Shown here: piece by piece, positions 32,123 to 47,323 of the stretch | Layout: the number at the start of each line of letters is the position of its first letter | How positions within the stretch are numbered: the first letter of the stretch is position 1 | Assembly (NCBI GenBank): GCA_951406725.2 | Contig: OX597817.1 | Location: 155,372,001-155,436,000, forward strand | Direction of reading: 5' to 3' | DNA length: 64,000 nt | From: Octopus vulgaris | Lineage: Eukaryota | Translations under genes and position numbers: made by a program | The notes under the pieces: model-generated | Told to the model about the DNA's origin: nothing | Database searches by the model: none | The model's input: the letters and a program-made list of their open reading frames with translations, nothing else

Positions 32123-32672
32123 CAGGTTTAAAGGGGTGGTGGTGGGGGACTTTTGGGGGTAGGTATATATATATACTTGGGGGAGTGGTCAAGGAGTTAG
32201 TGTTAAATTAGATAGAAGAATAAATTTAAAAAAAAAAAATAAAATAAAAAATAAAAATATATATAAAAAAAAGGGAATAGAGTTTTAGGTAAATAAGGAG
32301 ATTCTCACTTATACCTATGCACATATGTATACATATATACACACACACACAAACGTACATACATATACATACACACATACGTACACACACATATATATAC
32401 ATATATATACACTTACACATACATATACATATCTACACATACACATATATGTATACATACACACACTCACATGCATACACGTATACACACATGTATATAT
32501 ACACACACGACCACACATACATATACACACAGAAAAATATATATACACATACACACACATACTCACATACACGCATATACACACATATCCACACACACAC
32601 ATGCACACACACACACTAGTCCCTATATACACATATATACACATACACACACATATACACACACACATACAT

Positions 32673-32714
<42 letters not shown>

Positions 32715-33004
32715 GTGTACCTATGCATACCTACACATACACACATATATATACACATACAAATACGGACCCATTCCTAATTTTAATTTTATTATCTTCA
32801 TTTATTACTTTTGTTATCTTTGATCCGCTGGTCACAAACATCTTGGCTATGACAGCCAGTCCATTTATCTGTCTACTGGAAAACAAGCACTCATTTACTC
32901 ACGCACACTCTTTAGCACGTACACTCACTCATTCGTACACTCATACACATACACGCACGCACGCGTTATATTCATACATACATATATCTACATACATTCA
33001 CGTA
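32120..33004 (-). mobile_element. Copy of the 18318-18887 microsatellite-rich family, truncated before the HHR
   Basis: 32120-32490 is the reverse complement of 18318-18717; the continuation matches 43051-43319 and 44949-45250. Confidence 0.7.
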
Positions 33005-33154
33005 CCATGCAATCATGGTATCCTTGGCCTGAAGAGTATCTTGCGGTCTATCCCTCGTTTGAATAATTACTACTTCCGAGGTTCCGTTGGCTATAAAACG
33101 TACGTAGCCTGGATTTTATCTACTCCATTCCCTAAGTTTTGGATATATACATAC

Positions 33155-33201
<47 letters not shown>

Positions 33202-34262
33202 TATATGTATATATAATGTGAAGTATATTTGCCATCTAAATATGGCTAACCACTAAGGGTGGATGTTACTGTTGCTTGTGGCCCCAGGAGAACATCTTCT
33301 CCAGCTGGCTATTGACACGCTTTCTGTGCCCTATCGGTATTTGCAAAGAGAAGCCATACTTCCCTCGTCAACCTAAGTGATACGCACGGACTGCAGTTTC
33401 TGGGTGTTGACCCGCCATCAGCGCACGACAATAACCGGTTTTCGATGGAAGGGGCCCAATGCAAATANNNNNNNNNNNNNNNNNNNNNNNNNNNNNNNNN
33501 NNNNNNNNNNNNNNNNNNNNNNNNNNNNNNNNNNNNNNNNNNNNNNNNNNNNNNNNNNNNNNNNNNNTCTCATGTTAAAATGATTGTATCAACAAACACT
33601 GGACACTGCTTGGTTGAAGGCTGGACATGGAATCATTATACACTGGACACGCAATGATTGTAGACTGAACGCTGATTGGTTTTAGTCTGGACAGAGAATG
33701 ACCGCGGACAGAGCACTGATACATTCCATCCGCAGTTCACCGGTACGCCATCTCCTCTCACTGTCATTCCTACCACAGCTATATTGGCCTATGTTGCTCG
33801 GTTCTGGTTCAGTCCGAACCATCTCCTCTTTAGCAATGCCATCCTTCTCGTCTCTCTACCTCCCATCATTTGCCTTGTTTCTGTGCTCAACCCTCACCCA
33901 GGCCTCTCACCGAACACTTCCTATCTAGAATGTCCGTCTCTGGAATTATCTCACTGCTCATATTTTTCTGAAAGTTGTCAACTTGCAACCGTTTAAAGTG
34001 AAACCTCAAGAGTATCTCCGACATCCATCCAGAAGGACCTTCCGACCCAAGATGTAAAAAACGACGGAGCACTCAACGATTGTAGCCACACATACTGACC
34101 ACAGCATAATTTTCCATTAGCTTATCTCACAAATGTACCAATGATATTTCACCACAATCAATCTTATTTTTATCTCGATCTGCTAAATATTAAACACTAC
34201 TAAAGAAGAAAAACATGATTGTGTATAAACATGCACTGAAGTAGAAACATGGGCGTATATAA

Positions 34263-34335
<73 letters not shown>

Positions 34336-34857
34336 TATGTACATGTGTGTGTAGGTGTATTCTGTGTGCATTGGAAAGTCAGAGAGAAAAGAAGAGATGC
34401 ATACATGCAAATGTTCAAATATATAAATAAATTTTAACAAAATCAGCCTTAAGTTAGTTACTGGAAACTAAAAGACATTAAAAAAAACTCTATTAAGGTT
34501 GTGCTGTAAACTAAATGTTTGTCTATTGGGCTTTCACAACTTGACTTTTATTGCGTTGCATTAGGTTTTCTGAATAGATTCTTAGCTCTATTTAGCACCG
34601 TTTTACTGGCAAATAGGCGCCAGATTCTTTGAGACTCTTCTCTGCGAAAGATTGCTGTCTTCTGTAGAAAAGAGTTGTTTCTCTTCCCCTTAATTCAGAT
34701 CGGAACCCAAGCATATGACTATGGTCTTTTGCATTACTTAAATAAGATAAAGGATGGCAGCAAGTAGTTTAATGTGCCTGTATGTGAGTTGAGTGCGTGT
34801 GTAAGTGTGAGTGAATCTGTGTAAGAGAGACAGATTGTTCACTTTACATAATATATA

Positions 34858-34919
<62 letters not shown>

Positions 34920-35617
34920 CCCAACTACATGGTTCAGGTTCAGTCCCACTGCGTGGCAACTTGGGTAAGTTTCTTCTACTATGGTCTTGGGTCGACCAGA
35001 TCCTTGTGAGTGGATTTGGTAGACGGAAACTGAAAAGAAACCCGTCGTATATATGTATAGGTATATATCTATGCGTGTATGTTTTTGTGTTTGTGTTTGT
35101 GCCAATTTTAATGTTTTTTGTGTCAAAATGTTCAACAATGTATCGTCTCATTGGCATTAAAACACTCCCCATCTTTCTCTAATCTCAGTCGCGTTGTATC
35201 TCCTCTAAGAATTTCTAAAGCTACTACAATGGCCTCTGCCCCTCAGAATTGTCTAGTCACGTGTCAATATGTGTCGAACGCATGTTGCTTCCTGTCGAAC
35301 ACTTCTGACTTATACGTTTCTCTTTCTTTTCCTCCTTCTCCTTTTCACTCCATCTTTATCTTAGAACATGCAGCGGACAAAATATAAATGAAGAGAGAGA
35401 AAAGATTGTCCCTACTAAGCTATGCACGTGTTCACGCGCATCGATTTTGAAACCTGTGCACGAAGATAATTAATGTGAGCACAAAATAGTAGTAGCCTAA
35501 AATAAAGTATTAATTACTAATTATAATTCCTGAAAATAATCTTTTAATGAACAGTTTCGATCAATTAGTTCGTTTCACAAACGACGTTTGAACTCTCTAC
35601 TTTACATCATCTCACCT

Positions 35618-35789
35618 CTTCCTGTTCCGGTTTATATAAAGGCAGCCATGTTTGGTGGACGATGTTCGGAAAGTTTACGAAGATATTTCTTCCGAGTGTT
35701 TAATTAGAAAAAACATATCGATTGATTATATCGGATTCCAATGAAGTAAATGGCAAGAAGTGCAAAAGAATCTGTAATTTTCTTTAAAG
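35618..35789 (+). promoter_or_regulatory. Candidate housekeeping-type promoter and first exon
   Basis: CTTCCTGTTCCGG (ETS-like), TATATAAA and GCCATGTT (YY1-like) are adjacent; AAAATGG-like start context at 35750; AAG|GTAAAT donor after 35789. Confidence 0.3.
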
Positions 35790-35940
35790 GTAAATAACTT
35801 AAGATCGTAGAAACTGCACCGAAAACTCATAAGGCTATGAATGTTTAGCTACGAGAAAGATGTGGTGTATGTGTACGTTAAATACATACATGCATATATA
35901 TATGTTTATGTGTATGTATGTATACGTATATATGTATGAG

Positions 35941-36092
<152 letters not shown>

Positions 36093-37112
36093 CATACATT
36101 AAGTACACACACGTGTGTGTGTGTGTGTGTGTGTGTGTCGGCTGTTATTATTTAGCAATGAATCAGAAATTAAAGTTGCTTGTATTTGTAGTAAAAATTC
36201 TTTAAAATTTCGCAAGTGCAAAGAACTGGTTTGATATTTAGAAAGTTGACATTTTTGAAGTCTTGTTTTCAGAAGTAAACTCTATAAAGATGCTGTTTAA
36301 AATTTCGTTTATAAAATTTCGTCGTTACCTCTTACAAAAAAAAGTTGCGCATTTTATCGTTCAAAGTAATGATTAACCGAGAAGGAAAACGATGAAACTC
36401 AGAAGAGATCACAGTTCTTATTGACAAGGTGTTGTTAGGGCTTAAAACGAATAACGCTTTGTATTCAGTTCAACACATTAACGAAGATGAGGTAAGTTGT
36501 GTTTAACTCCAGGCAGCTGGAGAAGCAATATTTATGCATTTGAGTTCTAGGAGACTATCAACTATGTTATTCAGAACGATATGTTTGAAGAATACAAGTT
36601 AGTAAATTTCTCACGCATTAACAATTGATAGGCATATCTGTCAGAAAATGTTGTATAACATCTTCGGAAAACTGTTCCTTAAAATAATCATAGTGTTACC
36701 AATACACTCGTGTCTGCGCTTCAAATTTAGATCTAAAGATTGTAGCGCATTCAAAACATTTCACATCAACTACCACCACAGTATCACACACACTTGGAAA
36801 CCCTGGAGGTTTGTGATACAGGAAAGAAGTCAGATTTATATTTTGTTGAGAACAATCTCTATTGTATTTTCTCGATGTATATTTAAAAGCTGGAAATTTA
36901 AAGAAAATACAAAGGCCTCTAAAAAGAAGTGTATTACTTTCAAAGCACTTAATAAAATCATTTACTTATTTTGACACTTTGTTTTGCAGGCAAATAATAA
37001 AAATGTGACACTNNNNNNNNNNNNNNNNNNNNNNNNNNNNNNNNNNNNNNNNNNNNNNNNNNNNNNNNNNNNNNNNNNNNNNNNNNNNNNNNNNNNNNNN
37101 NNNNNNNNNNNN

Positions 37113-37243
37113 CGAGAAACCCTGGTCTCACTGGCAGCTATCACATCCAAACATAACAACTGGAGGTCATTGAGCAAGCGATCTTGCTTCCAAGACGACT
37201 CCAGGCCACGCACATTTATGCACCCCACTCTAATATTTGCCAT
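37113..37243 (-). mobile_element. Tx1/L1-like LINE ORF2 N-terminus (APE endonuclease start)
   Basis: MANIRVGCINVRGL...LDVIAASETRV matches the N-terminal APE motifs; cut by a gap. Confidence 0.65.
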
Positions 37244-37344
37244 CTTGGCCGGAAAGAGTTGAGAGAAAAGATAAAGTTGAGGTTACTTAACTTGCCGGTG
37301 TTGTCGGCGGGTGAGCCTTTCATGGAACCCTCTGAGCTATCCTT

Positions 37345-37655
37345 TCATGGAACCCTCTGAGCTTCCTCATCCAATAACCTTGGACCCCATTCGGTTCTGA
37401 GCTCTTCCAATTTGGGAATTTTCTTAACTACTTTTTTTTTACCATTTCTGTAGTTATCTTTGTCTTCTTGGACCTTCATATTTCTTAACCTATCTTGAAT
37501 TTCATGCAGCCACTCTGCTCCTTCACTATGCTCTACAGGTTGATCCCAGATCCTTCTCCAGAATGCCTTGCTTTTCTCTGCATCTGGTATCATTGTTATG
37601 TGTATTTGCCCATCTAGTTCCTGAAACAGTTTCTTCTAATTTGCTTCAAACACTA
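37345..37655 (-). mobile_element. Degenerate R4/Dong-like fragment upstream of RT
   Basis: PDAEKSKAFWRRIWDQPVEH..AEWL followed by frameshifted K.PNWK..G..G. Confidence 0.55.
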
Positions 37656-38467
37656 ATACAATCACAACCTCATCTCAAAAGAAGGCATGCACAACAGCAA
37701 GCAAACACATAGACACCAAACTTCGTGCTGTAAGGAGGGCCAATGATGAATTGATGGCCCTCATAGCTTGAAACAAAGACATAGAGAGAAGAGTGCAATT
37801 TGCAACACAAGTACTTTTAAAATGCCTGATGACTTAATGTTAGTGAGAATGCCTCTTAACTCATACAAGAAAATCGGGAGGTTTTGCCATACGACGTGGG
37901 AACGCCACGAGCAGACGTTTAAAGGGATTCCCAAAGGAATCCCAACCAAACTCGGAGGTCAACTTCTTTCCTAGGGCGAGCCCACAACAATATCATATCT
38001 TCTCCACTATTTCAGTATTACGTGTTAAAAGTGAAACAAAAACATCTCTCTATTGTAATGTCAGATACTTTCACTTTAATACTGAAACTATTAAAGTCAA
38101 ACTATTATATAAGAGGGATGAGCCATTAACAGTGGACATCCATTTTGCCAGAAGATCCGCTATGGTCTTATATGCTACACCACTGGTTTTCAATTCATAT
38201 TAATCAAATTAATATTCAATTTCTCACCCTTATTTTAAATTTAAATTTAAACCCAGGACCTTGTGTTTTGGAATGAAGTTTGTTACCACACAGCCACACC
38301 TGCACCTATGTATGTATGTGTGTGTGTGTGTATGTGTGTATAGCTGTATATGTATACATTTATTTCTATACATATAGATGTATAAGTATACATGTATATG
38401 TGTAGATATATATATATAGATGTACATGTAATATATACACATATATATTCACATATATACACCCATA

Positions 38468-38514
<47 letters not shown>

Positions 38515-38996
38515 GTGTGGCTGTGTGGTAACAAACTTCGTTCCAAAACACATGGTCCTCAGTTCAGTCCCACTGTGTGGTGACTTGGCATGTGTCTTCT
38601 GCTAAAGCCTCAGACCAGCCAAAGCCTTGCCAGTGGATTTTGTAGACAGAAACTGAAAGAAATCAATCATGTATATATATGTATGTATATATGTAAGTCT
38701 GTGTGTGTGTCTTTGTGTTTCTCCCTCAGCACTGCCTAACAACTGGTGTTCGTTTATTTACATCCCCATAACTTACTGGTTTCACAAGAAGAAACTGATA
38801 GAATAAGTACCAGGCTTATCAAAATAAAAAAAACACTAGGCAGTATCTCATATTTTTGTTTGCCCACATAATTTATCTTTGTGTGTGTGTGTGTATCGGT
38901 GTGTATATCGACTTATCAACATAAAAATAGCACTACGCTGTGTCTCATATTTTTGTTTGCCCACTCAATTTATCTTTGTGTATGTGTGTGTGTATG

Positions 38997-39082
<86 letters not shown>

Positions 39083-39125
39083 GTATATATATATGTATAT
39101 ATGTATATATGTATATATGTATATA

Positions 39126-39168
<43 letters not shown>

Positions 39169-40749
39169 ATATATATATATGTGTATATATATATATGTAT
39201 ATATATATATATGTGTGTGTATATATATATATGTGTGTATATATATATATGTATATGTATATATATATATATGTATATGTATATATATATGTATATGTAT
39301 ATATATATGTATATGTATACATATACATATATATATACATATATATATATATACATATATATATGTATATATATACATGTATGTATATGTGTACATTCAT
39401 ATTTATTATATCAAAGACAATATCTTTATGTGTTCGTGTATTACTTATACATTCGAAGACTGCTGCACCGATCATAATGAAATTTGGAACACAAAATCGA
39501 AGCCCAGGGAGAAAGGTAATGCTGTGTTTCATACAATTTCATGGACCAAAATTTGAATGGATCCTAATGATATTTGAAACTTAGATTCAATGCATAAGGG
39601 CGGGTATAATGCAATATGTTTGGTTTGAATTTCGGATGGCTTAAAGGGGGCAGAACCCCCCATGAAAATTCATAAATTTTCGATGTTGATGAAATTTCAA
39701 CCATGGGTAATTGACACATAAGAAGTATTCTCAAAGATTCCACTTCACCTGAGGATTCTAAGACACCCTAATGGGGGCCTTAACCCCCAAATTTTAGTCA
39801 CTTCTTTTATGATCCAAAACTAAGTCAAAAGTACTGAATGGATCTTTACGAAATGTGGAAATTATATTCTATGCATAAGGGCCATAACCCCCATGATAAT
39901 TCATATATTTTTGCTGTTGATGAAATTTTAACCATAGATATTAGATACAAATGAAGTAATATTTATGAAATTTCATCTTCTTACAAGTTAGGAAGACCCC
40001 CACCATGGGGACTTAACACCCACAATTTTGTCATTTTATCTAAGCAAAGACGAATAGTTGTACTCTTGGAAGCTGTGGGGTCATCCGAGCATAGAAGATG
40101 CGCATTATTGGTAATTCAATGGTACAACAGTGTAAGAGTTTGCTTTGACATACACTTAGATTGGGATTTCTGCAATGTGCTACATAAATTGTCAAGTAAA
40201 TGAGAGGCATCTTTGCCTCCACTGATTCAGTTGCAAAGTATTGAGTAAAGTTATTTGATTGCATATCTACTTTCAGTATTTTTATTATCAATGGGTCACA
40301 CATAGTCCCCAGATGGTAATATTGATTTTAAGGCCTTCCCAGATGAGTGACTGGTTATTNNNNNNNNNNNNNNNNNNNNNNNNNNNNNNNNNNNNNNNNN
40401 NNNNNNNNNNNNNNNNNNNNNNNNNNNNNNNNNNNNNNNNNNNNNNNNNNNNNNNNNNNAGCAGGTTCCATTCCGGAAGAATTTGCATGAGGACTTGGCT
40501 TAGCAAAGCCATGTGTGGTGCAATGAGAGTGTAGGCCCTTTCGACTTCTCTTTTCTTCCTCTCTACTTGCGAAAAAAAAAGAATATACATATACATATAT
40601 ATATATATACATACATATACATAACATATATATATATACATATATGTACACACACATATACACATATACATATACACATATATACACATATACATACACA
40701 AGTCCTCATAAAGCCTGTGTATTTATTATGTTTGCAGGATCCACTATTG

Positions 40750-42950
40750 TCATATGTTGTGGTGTGCGCTATTGCTCCATTCTAGTTTTCTATTCAGGCT
40801 AGGTTTATTTTCTATTATATGTGTAGCTTCTGTAATTTGTCTAATTGTTGCATCTGTTCTATGTGTGGACAATATCTTAATCTCTATGTTATTGATTGAT
40901 CCCCCGTGTTCTTGTTCGGCGTGTTGGTACAGAATCGATGAGCTTTTACCTTCCTTGAGTTGTCTCCAATGTTCATTCACCCGCTCACCAATGCTTCTTG
41001 CAGTTTCCCCTACGTATGTTACTGTCTTGTTACTGCATCTTCCCTCTATACATCTTATACTATAGACCACATTTCTGGCTTTACAGTTCGTTTGTGGGCT
41101 AAATCTACATACAGTGCAATAGTTATCCGTACAGAGAGTTCTACTAAAAGGATAGGTTCTACCAATTATAGATCTGATAGGGTTGCCTGGCTTTTCAACA
41201 ACCTTAATTCTTAGTTTAAGTTTATCTAGGGTCCTTCTAAAGCGGTACGCTAGTTCACCTCCAGGGGTGGTGTCAACGAACATGACACTCTGGTATTTAT
41301 GGCTATCATACCAAAGAGTTGGCCTTCCTTATTTTCTTTTTTGTCCTTTCTATAGTGTTCCATGACTTGTTCCTATAGAGTGGGCAAATCCCATTCCTAT
41401 CATTACATAATATATTATCAAATTTCTTCATGGCTCCTTTGTATACTCTGATCCTTTCTTTGGTGGCTGTAACCTGAGAACTGCATGCGGTGAATGAAAT
41501 ACTGTATGTGTCTCTTTAATTCTGTAGGTTCGCACATGCGTGACACATTTCTCATTATTCTGACGAGGTCTGCCATCAAAATATTGAATTTGGCATTGCC
41601 CGCAATGGCTGAGTTCCGGTGGATCAGGTATTTTGATGCCATAGGTTTTGCATAGTATGAATGAAGGATTTGGGTTTTATTTTCACAATTTCTAGCCAGA
41701 GTTCAGTGTCTAGTACTGGTAGTCTATGGTTGGGGTGTTTAGTGGGGTAGTCTATTGTGACCTTAATACTCTGGTGGATGGAGTTAGCTATTTGCTGGAT
41801 GCTCTCCATAGTATTAGTTTCTATTACTATATCAACAGTACTTTCTTGTGGGGTGCCTTTACTACTATATTGATATCATCAACATGGCGAGAAATTACAT
41901 GTTTACGAGTATGGATTTCTGCAGTAGGCATTCTTTAAGCCTTCTGTCCCACCATACCATGAAAAAGGTTGGCCACATCACCAGCGATACTAACACCGAT
42001 GGCTGCCCCCTCGTCCTGGGCATATATTTTATTATTAAATTTAAATGTGTGGCCTTTTAGGGTAACTCTTATACTAGCTCTAGTGCATGTGCGATCATTT
42101 TCTTTACCTGATGGACATTTGCGGGGAACTCCGTATGGCTCTGGTCCATCCGCGCCATCTTTCTATATGTGTCTTCCTAGCCATAGAAGTAATTGTAGGC
42201 GGTCTACCTCTTAAACATCTACTGGGGCAGAAACTACTAAGATTATGTTTATCTAAGTATTCACTATTATATGTCAGTCTAAGTAGGAGGCCCAGTTCTT
42301 CTGTGTCGACATTACAGAACTCCACCTGGCTCTCGTTGATCATCTCCACGCACTTCTCCACTGCAAAATCTACGTCAATCGATGGGTATAGGGATACCAC
42401 ATCCATGCTACCTACCGCTATACATCCTGTCAAGTCACAAGTTTTGTTACAGTCACTGATCCTGCTTAGGGAGAATCTTCTGTGCTGTCACATACATCAG
42501 GTGACATCCTGATTATAGGGCGTATGATCATTGAGAGGAAGTAGGAGATTCTGTAATTGCTAGCGATATTCGCTCCACAGACTGGTCTTGTTGGTGGTCC
42601 TGCTATAGGGGTCAGTAAAACCTTTATGGTCATTGCGAAGTCCATACAGTGCCGGGATATCATTGTTCCAGGCTTGGAAATTCTTTGCAGTACGTTTCTG
42701 AGGTCCCAGAACAATTGTCCACATCATCATGTGGGCATTGAGGACCTTTTCTCTCTCCTCATGCGCCTGTACAGTTGTTACTTTTGTATTGGCGATATGA
42801 GGTTACGCATTGCACCTGGATGTAGTTCGGTAAGCTGTCTATTGACATCCTGCCGGACTTATCCGTAAGGAAGGCATATCACCTCTCCGTTCCTCGTGCG
42901 CTGAATGAGCTTCTGTAGGCCACATGCAGGTTTAATCCCTAGTTGTTGGG
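40750..42950 (-). mobile_element. Degenerate second Penelope-like element (RT + GIY-YIG)
   Basis: PPTRPVCGA, GSMDVVSLYPSID, LPVLD and NVVYSIRC...YVGETARSIGERVNEH; multiple frameshifts. Confidence 0.85.
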
Positions 42951-43319
42951 NNNNNNNNNNNNNNNNNNNNNNNNNNNNNNNNNNNNNNNNNNNNNNNNNN
43001 NNNNNNNNNNNNNNNNNNNNNNNNNNNNNNNNNNNNNNNNNNNNNNNNNNACATATACATATCTACACATACACATATGTATACATACACAGACTCACAT
43101 GCATACACGTATACACACATGTATATATACACACACGACCACACATACATATACACACAGAAAAATATATATACACATACACACACATACTCACATACAC
43201 GCATACACACACAAATCCACACACACACATGCACACACAGCACACTAGTCCCTATATACACATATATACACATACACACATATATACACACACATACATA
43301 TACATACATATATATATAT

Positions 43320-44948
43320 GATTGATTGATTGATTGATTGATTCTAGTTTCAGCTTATGAGCTGTGGCCATGCTGGGGCACCGCCATTTGGTGTCGCTAC
43401 TTGGTTTCACTTCATGGAGGCTTTCTAGCAACTGCTATTTGGTGCATGAGAGAGTTCGATGCAGCTGCCCTCATCTGCCCCTCCTGCCGTGAAGTTGGTT
43501 CATCTGGGACACCTGACAGGAAGAGATCCAGCTTCATTTTAAAGACATCTGTATCCACCCCATGCAGGTCTCTCAGGTTCTTCGGGAGGATATTGAAGAG
43601 CTGTGGGCCTCGGAAGTTTCCAGGCTATCACAGAATCTTGTCCTACATCTTGATGGCAGGTTTGGAGTCCTAGGCACCACGCAGTGGCGCCCAGTTCTGG
43701 CATTTGCGTAACTCTCGATGCCAAAGTTCAGGACACTTCCCTCCAGGATCTTCCAGATGTATATTATGGCATATCTTTCCCGCCTACGCTCCAGGGAATA
43801 TAATTTTAATTTCTTGAGTCTTTCCCAGTAGCTTACATTCTGCATAGAGGCTATCTTCTTTGTGTAGCTTCGTTGGATCGCCTCAAGTTCTGTGATCAAC
43901 TTGACACTGGATGGTGACCATAGCTGAGAGCAATAGTCAAAGTGGCTTAGGACAAGTGTCTTCCAGAGGACCATCATGGTTTCTTGTTCTCTTGTTCTAA
44001 AGGTTCTAAGAATCCATCCAGCCAGCCGTCTACATTTCATTGTCAGTTTAGCAACATGTACATGAAAGGTCGCGTCATCACTCATGTGAATACCCAGGTC
44101 ACGCACTGATTGTGCCTCTGGGATTGCAATCCCTCCGGGTCCAGTGTATTCATTGGGTATTGCATTCAGTTTTGCATGCTGATAGTATGTTAGCTTGAAA
44201 CTTTCCAGCATTGAACTGCATGCTATTCTTTTCAGCCCACTTGTATATTTCGTCCAGCTCACATTGCAGGTGTTTAGTGTCCTCAGGGTTCTGTATTGCC
44301 TGTGAAACTTTTGTATCATCTGCATAACTTGTGATCGTGGCTCTCTGCGTGGCTGAGGGCATGTCTGAGAGGGCCATTATGAACAGTAGTGGTCCCAGAA
44401 CAGTGCCCTGCGGAACACCGCTCACTATTTGTGTGTTAATGAGGTGACCCCATTGGCTACTACCACCTGACTTCTATCCTTCAGAAAGTCATGAAGCCAT
44501 TCTCCCAGTTTTCCAACTATGTTGAGATCACGCAGTTTGTGACATATCATTCCATGATCGACTTTATCAAAGGCCTTTGCAAAGTCGAGATATATCACTT
44601 CCACATTTGAGTGGTTGAGCAGCCGTTTCAGCACCCAGTCATAGTGTTGTAGGAGCTGAGTTAAACAGCTTCTCCCTGGTCGGAAACCATGTTGGGTGTC
44701 GGGCAGCAAGTCATTCTCTTCAAGGAAGGTGATCAGCTTCCTTCTGACTATTCGTTCCATGACCTTGCTGATGTGTGAGGTCAGAGAGATAGGTCTATAG
44801 TTCTTGGCTTCCGCTCTGCTACCTCCTTTATGAATGGGGCATATTTTACCTTCCTTCAGTTTTCCTGGAAGTTTGCCAGCTGCAAGGAAGCTCTGAAAGA
44901 GGAACTGCAGTGGTCTTGCTAGGACTCTCTTACATGCTTTTAGGAGGA
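43320..44948 (-). mobile_element. CR1/L2-group LINE (second subfamily) with (AATC)n tail
   Basis: YLDFAKAFDKVDH, SGVPQGTVLGPLLF, YADD, LERRRER; inserted in a (TA) run of the microsatellite-rich family. Confidence 0.9.
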
Positions 44949-45400
44949 TATATATACATATGTGTACCTATGCATACCTACACATACACACATATATATA
45001 TACACATACAAATACAGACCCATTCCCTAATTTTAATTTTATTATCTTCGTTTATTACTTTTGTTATCTTTGGCCGCTTGGTCACAAACATCTTGGCTAT
45101 GACAGCCAGTCCATTTTATCTGTCTACTGGAAAACAAGCACTCATTCACTCACGCACACTCTTTAGCACGTACACTCACTCATTCGTACACTCATACACA
45201 TACACGCACGCACGCGTTATATTCATACATACATACATCTACATACATTCACGTATATACACATACGTACGCGTACCTACAGATTCATGTCTACACTCTT
45301 AGAAGGCTAGTCTATACATATACACCAATAAATATAAATACACACACATACACGTACACCTACATACAAATACATACATGTATATATATATATATATATA

Positions 45401-45808
45401 GGCGCAGGAATGGGTGTGTGGTAAGTAGCTTGCTAACCAACCACATGGTTCCGGGTTCAGTCCCACTGCGTGGCATTTTGGGCAAGTGTCTTCTGCTATA
45501 GCCCCGGGCCGACCAATGCCTTGTGAGTGGATTTGGTAGACGGAAACTGAAAGAAGCCTGTCGTATATATGTATATATATATATATGTATGTGTGTGTTT
45601 GTGTGTCTGAGTTTGTCCCCCTAGCATTGCTTGACAACCGATGCTGGTGTGTTTACGTCGCCGTCACTTAGCGGTTCGGCAAAAGAGACCGATAGAATAA
45701 GTACTGGGCTTACGAAGAATAAGTCCCGGGGTCGATTTGCTCGACTAAAGGCGGTGCTCCAGCATGGCCGCAGTCAAATGACTGAAACAAGTAAAAGAGT
45801 AAAAGAGT
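45401..45808 (+). mobile_element. Full-length tRNA-derived SINE (GGCGCAGGA..GTGTGGTAAG family)
   Basis: A/B-box-like head (GGTTCAGTCCC), internal (TA/TG)n, tail CAGCATGGCCGCAG...GAAACAAGTAAAAGAGTAAAAGAG; copies at 52317-52731, 38508-38830, 34920-35048, 54097-54255(-) and 9105-9245(-). Confidence 0.85.
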
Positions 45809-46035
45809 ATATACATATATATATATATATATTCACATATATATACACATATATACATACACATACATACATACACATATATACACATATACACACATAT
45901 ACACATATATACACACATACACATACATACATATACACACATACACATACATACGTATACATACATACATACATCCATACATCCATACATACATACATTT
46001 ATACACATACACACACGCACATACATACATATATA

Positions 46036-46093
<58 letters not shown>

Positions 46094-46492
46094 TATATAC
46101 ATACATATACACACTCATACACACACATACATATACATACATACATATACAAATATACGCACACACATACATACATACTCATATACACATACACGCACAT
46201 ACACATGTACATGCGTACCCATACACACACACACACACGCGCGCATCCATATATACACATAAGTACACACATGCGTAAAAGTATACATATATCTATGCTT
46301 ACACATACACACACACACACGCGCCTCCTTATATTCATACTTACATGCATACTCAAAAAATAAGTAAATAGTAAAATATATATACGCGCAACACGCATAT
46401 ATATACATACATACATACACATACACACATATATACACACACACACACATATACACATATATATATATACACATATATATATATATACATAT

Positions 46493-46543
<51 letters not shown>

Positions 46544-46765
46544 TATACCTGTGTGCAAACATACACATACATACTCNNNNNNNNNNNNNNNNNNNNNNNN
46601 NNNNNNNNNNNNNNNNNNNNNNNNNNNNNNNNNNNNNNNNNNNNNNNNNNNNNNNNNNNNNNNNNNNNNNNNNNNNAAGAAAATCTCTCTCGTATAGTGT
46701 TTGCTCAATTCAACTCACGAAAGTATGAGGGTAGAGACATTAAAAAATCAAATGCAAAGGTTATT

Positions 46766-46817
46766 TGAGAACGTACGTTTCAAGATTAGTCAAATCGACA
46801 CTTCTATCATCAGCTCA
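46766..46817 (-). ncRNA. Type I hammerhead ribozyme (array unit 1)
   Basis: Minus strand: TGAG-CTGATGA-t-AGA-agt-GTC-gattt-GAC-taa-TCT-t-GAAA-cgtacg-TT-CTCA. Confidence 0.8.
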
Positions 46818-47323
46818 GAACTCCCTGGTTTGGATTTGAAAACACTGAAAGCGGGAGCATACCCTTTCGGCCTGTTATCGTTTCTGAAGATCTGTTCAAA
46901 ACTAACAGTGTTAGCAAATTCAAATATGCAAACGAAGAATTTCTGCTCTCCCCTTTCCACCAGCGTGGGTTAAAATCAGCAAACATTATGCTTTTTTTCG
47001 GTAAAATCCGAGGCATTATATAGAGAGAGATGAATTATAATTTCAACAATTGAGGGTAAAATTAATTAATTAATCAATTTCACCAAGTATTCAGTATACA
47101 AAGGGACCATTTAAGGCGAATTCAAATTATTACATTATATAAAAGGGCTTAGTAAAATAAATTACTTTGCCGCATACTGAACTCATTAGAAATAGCAGCT
47201 AAAAAAACTTTTTTAAAACTATCTCCAATACTTAAAGAAAATCTCTCTCGTATAGTGTTTGCTCAATTCAACTCACGAAAGTATGAGGGTAGAGACATTA
47301 AAAAATCAAATGCAAAGGTTATT

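Noticed and set aside
34549-34662. Minus-strand acceptor followed by a 37-codon frame, as the ATG7 terminal exon
   Set aside because: No similarity to the short acidic Trp-containing ATG7 C-terminus, and several gaps intervene
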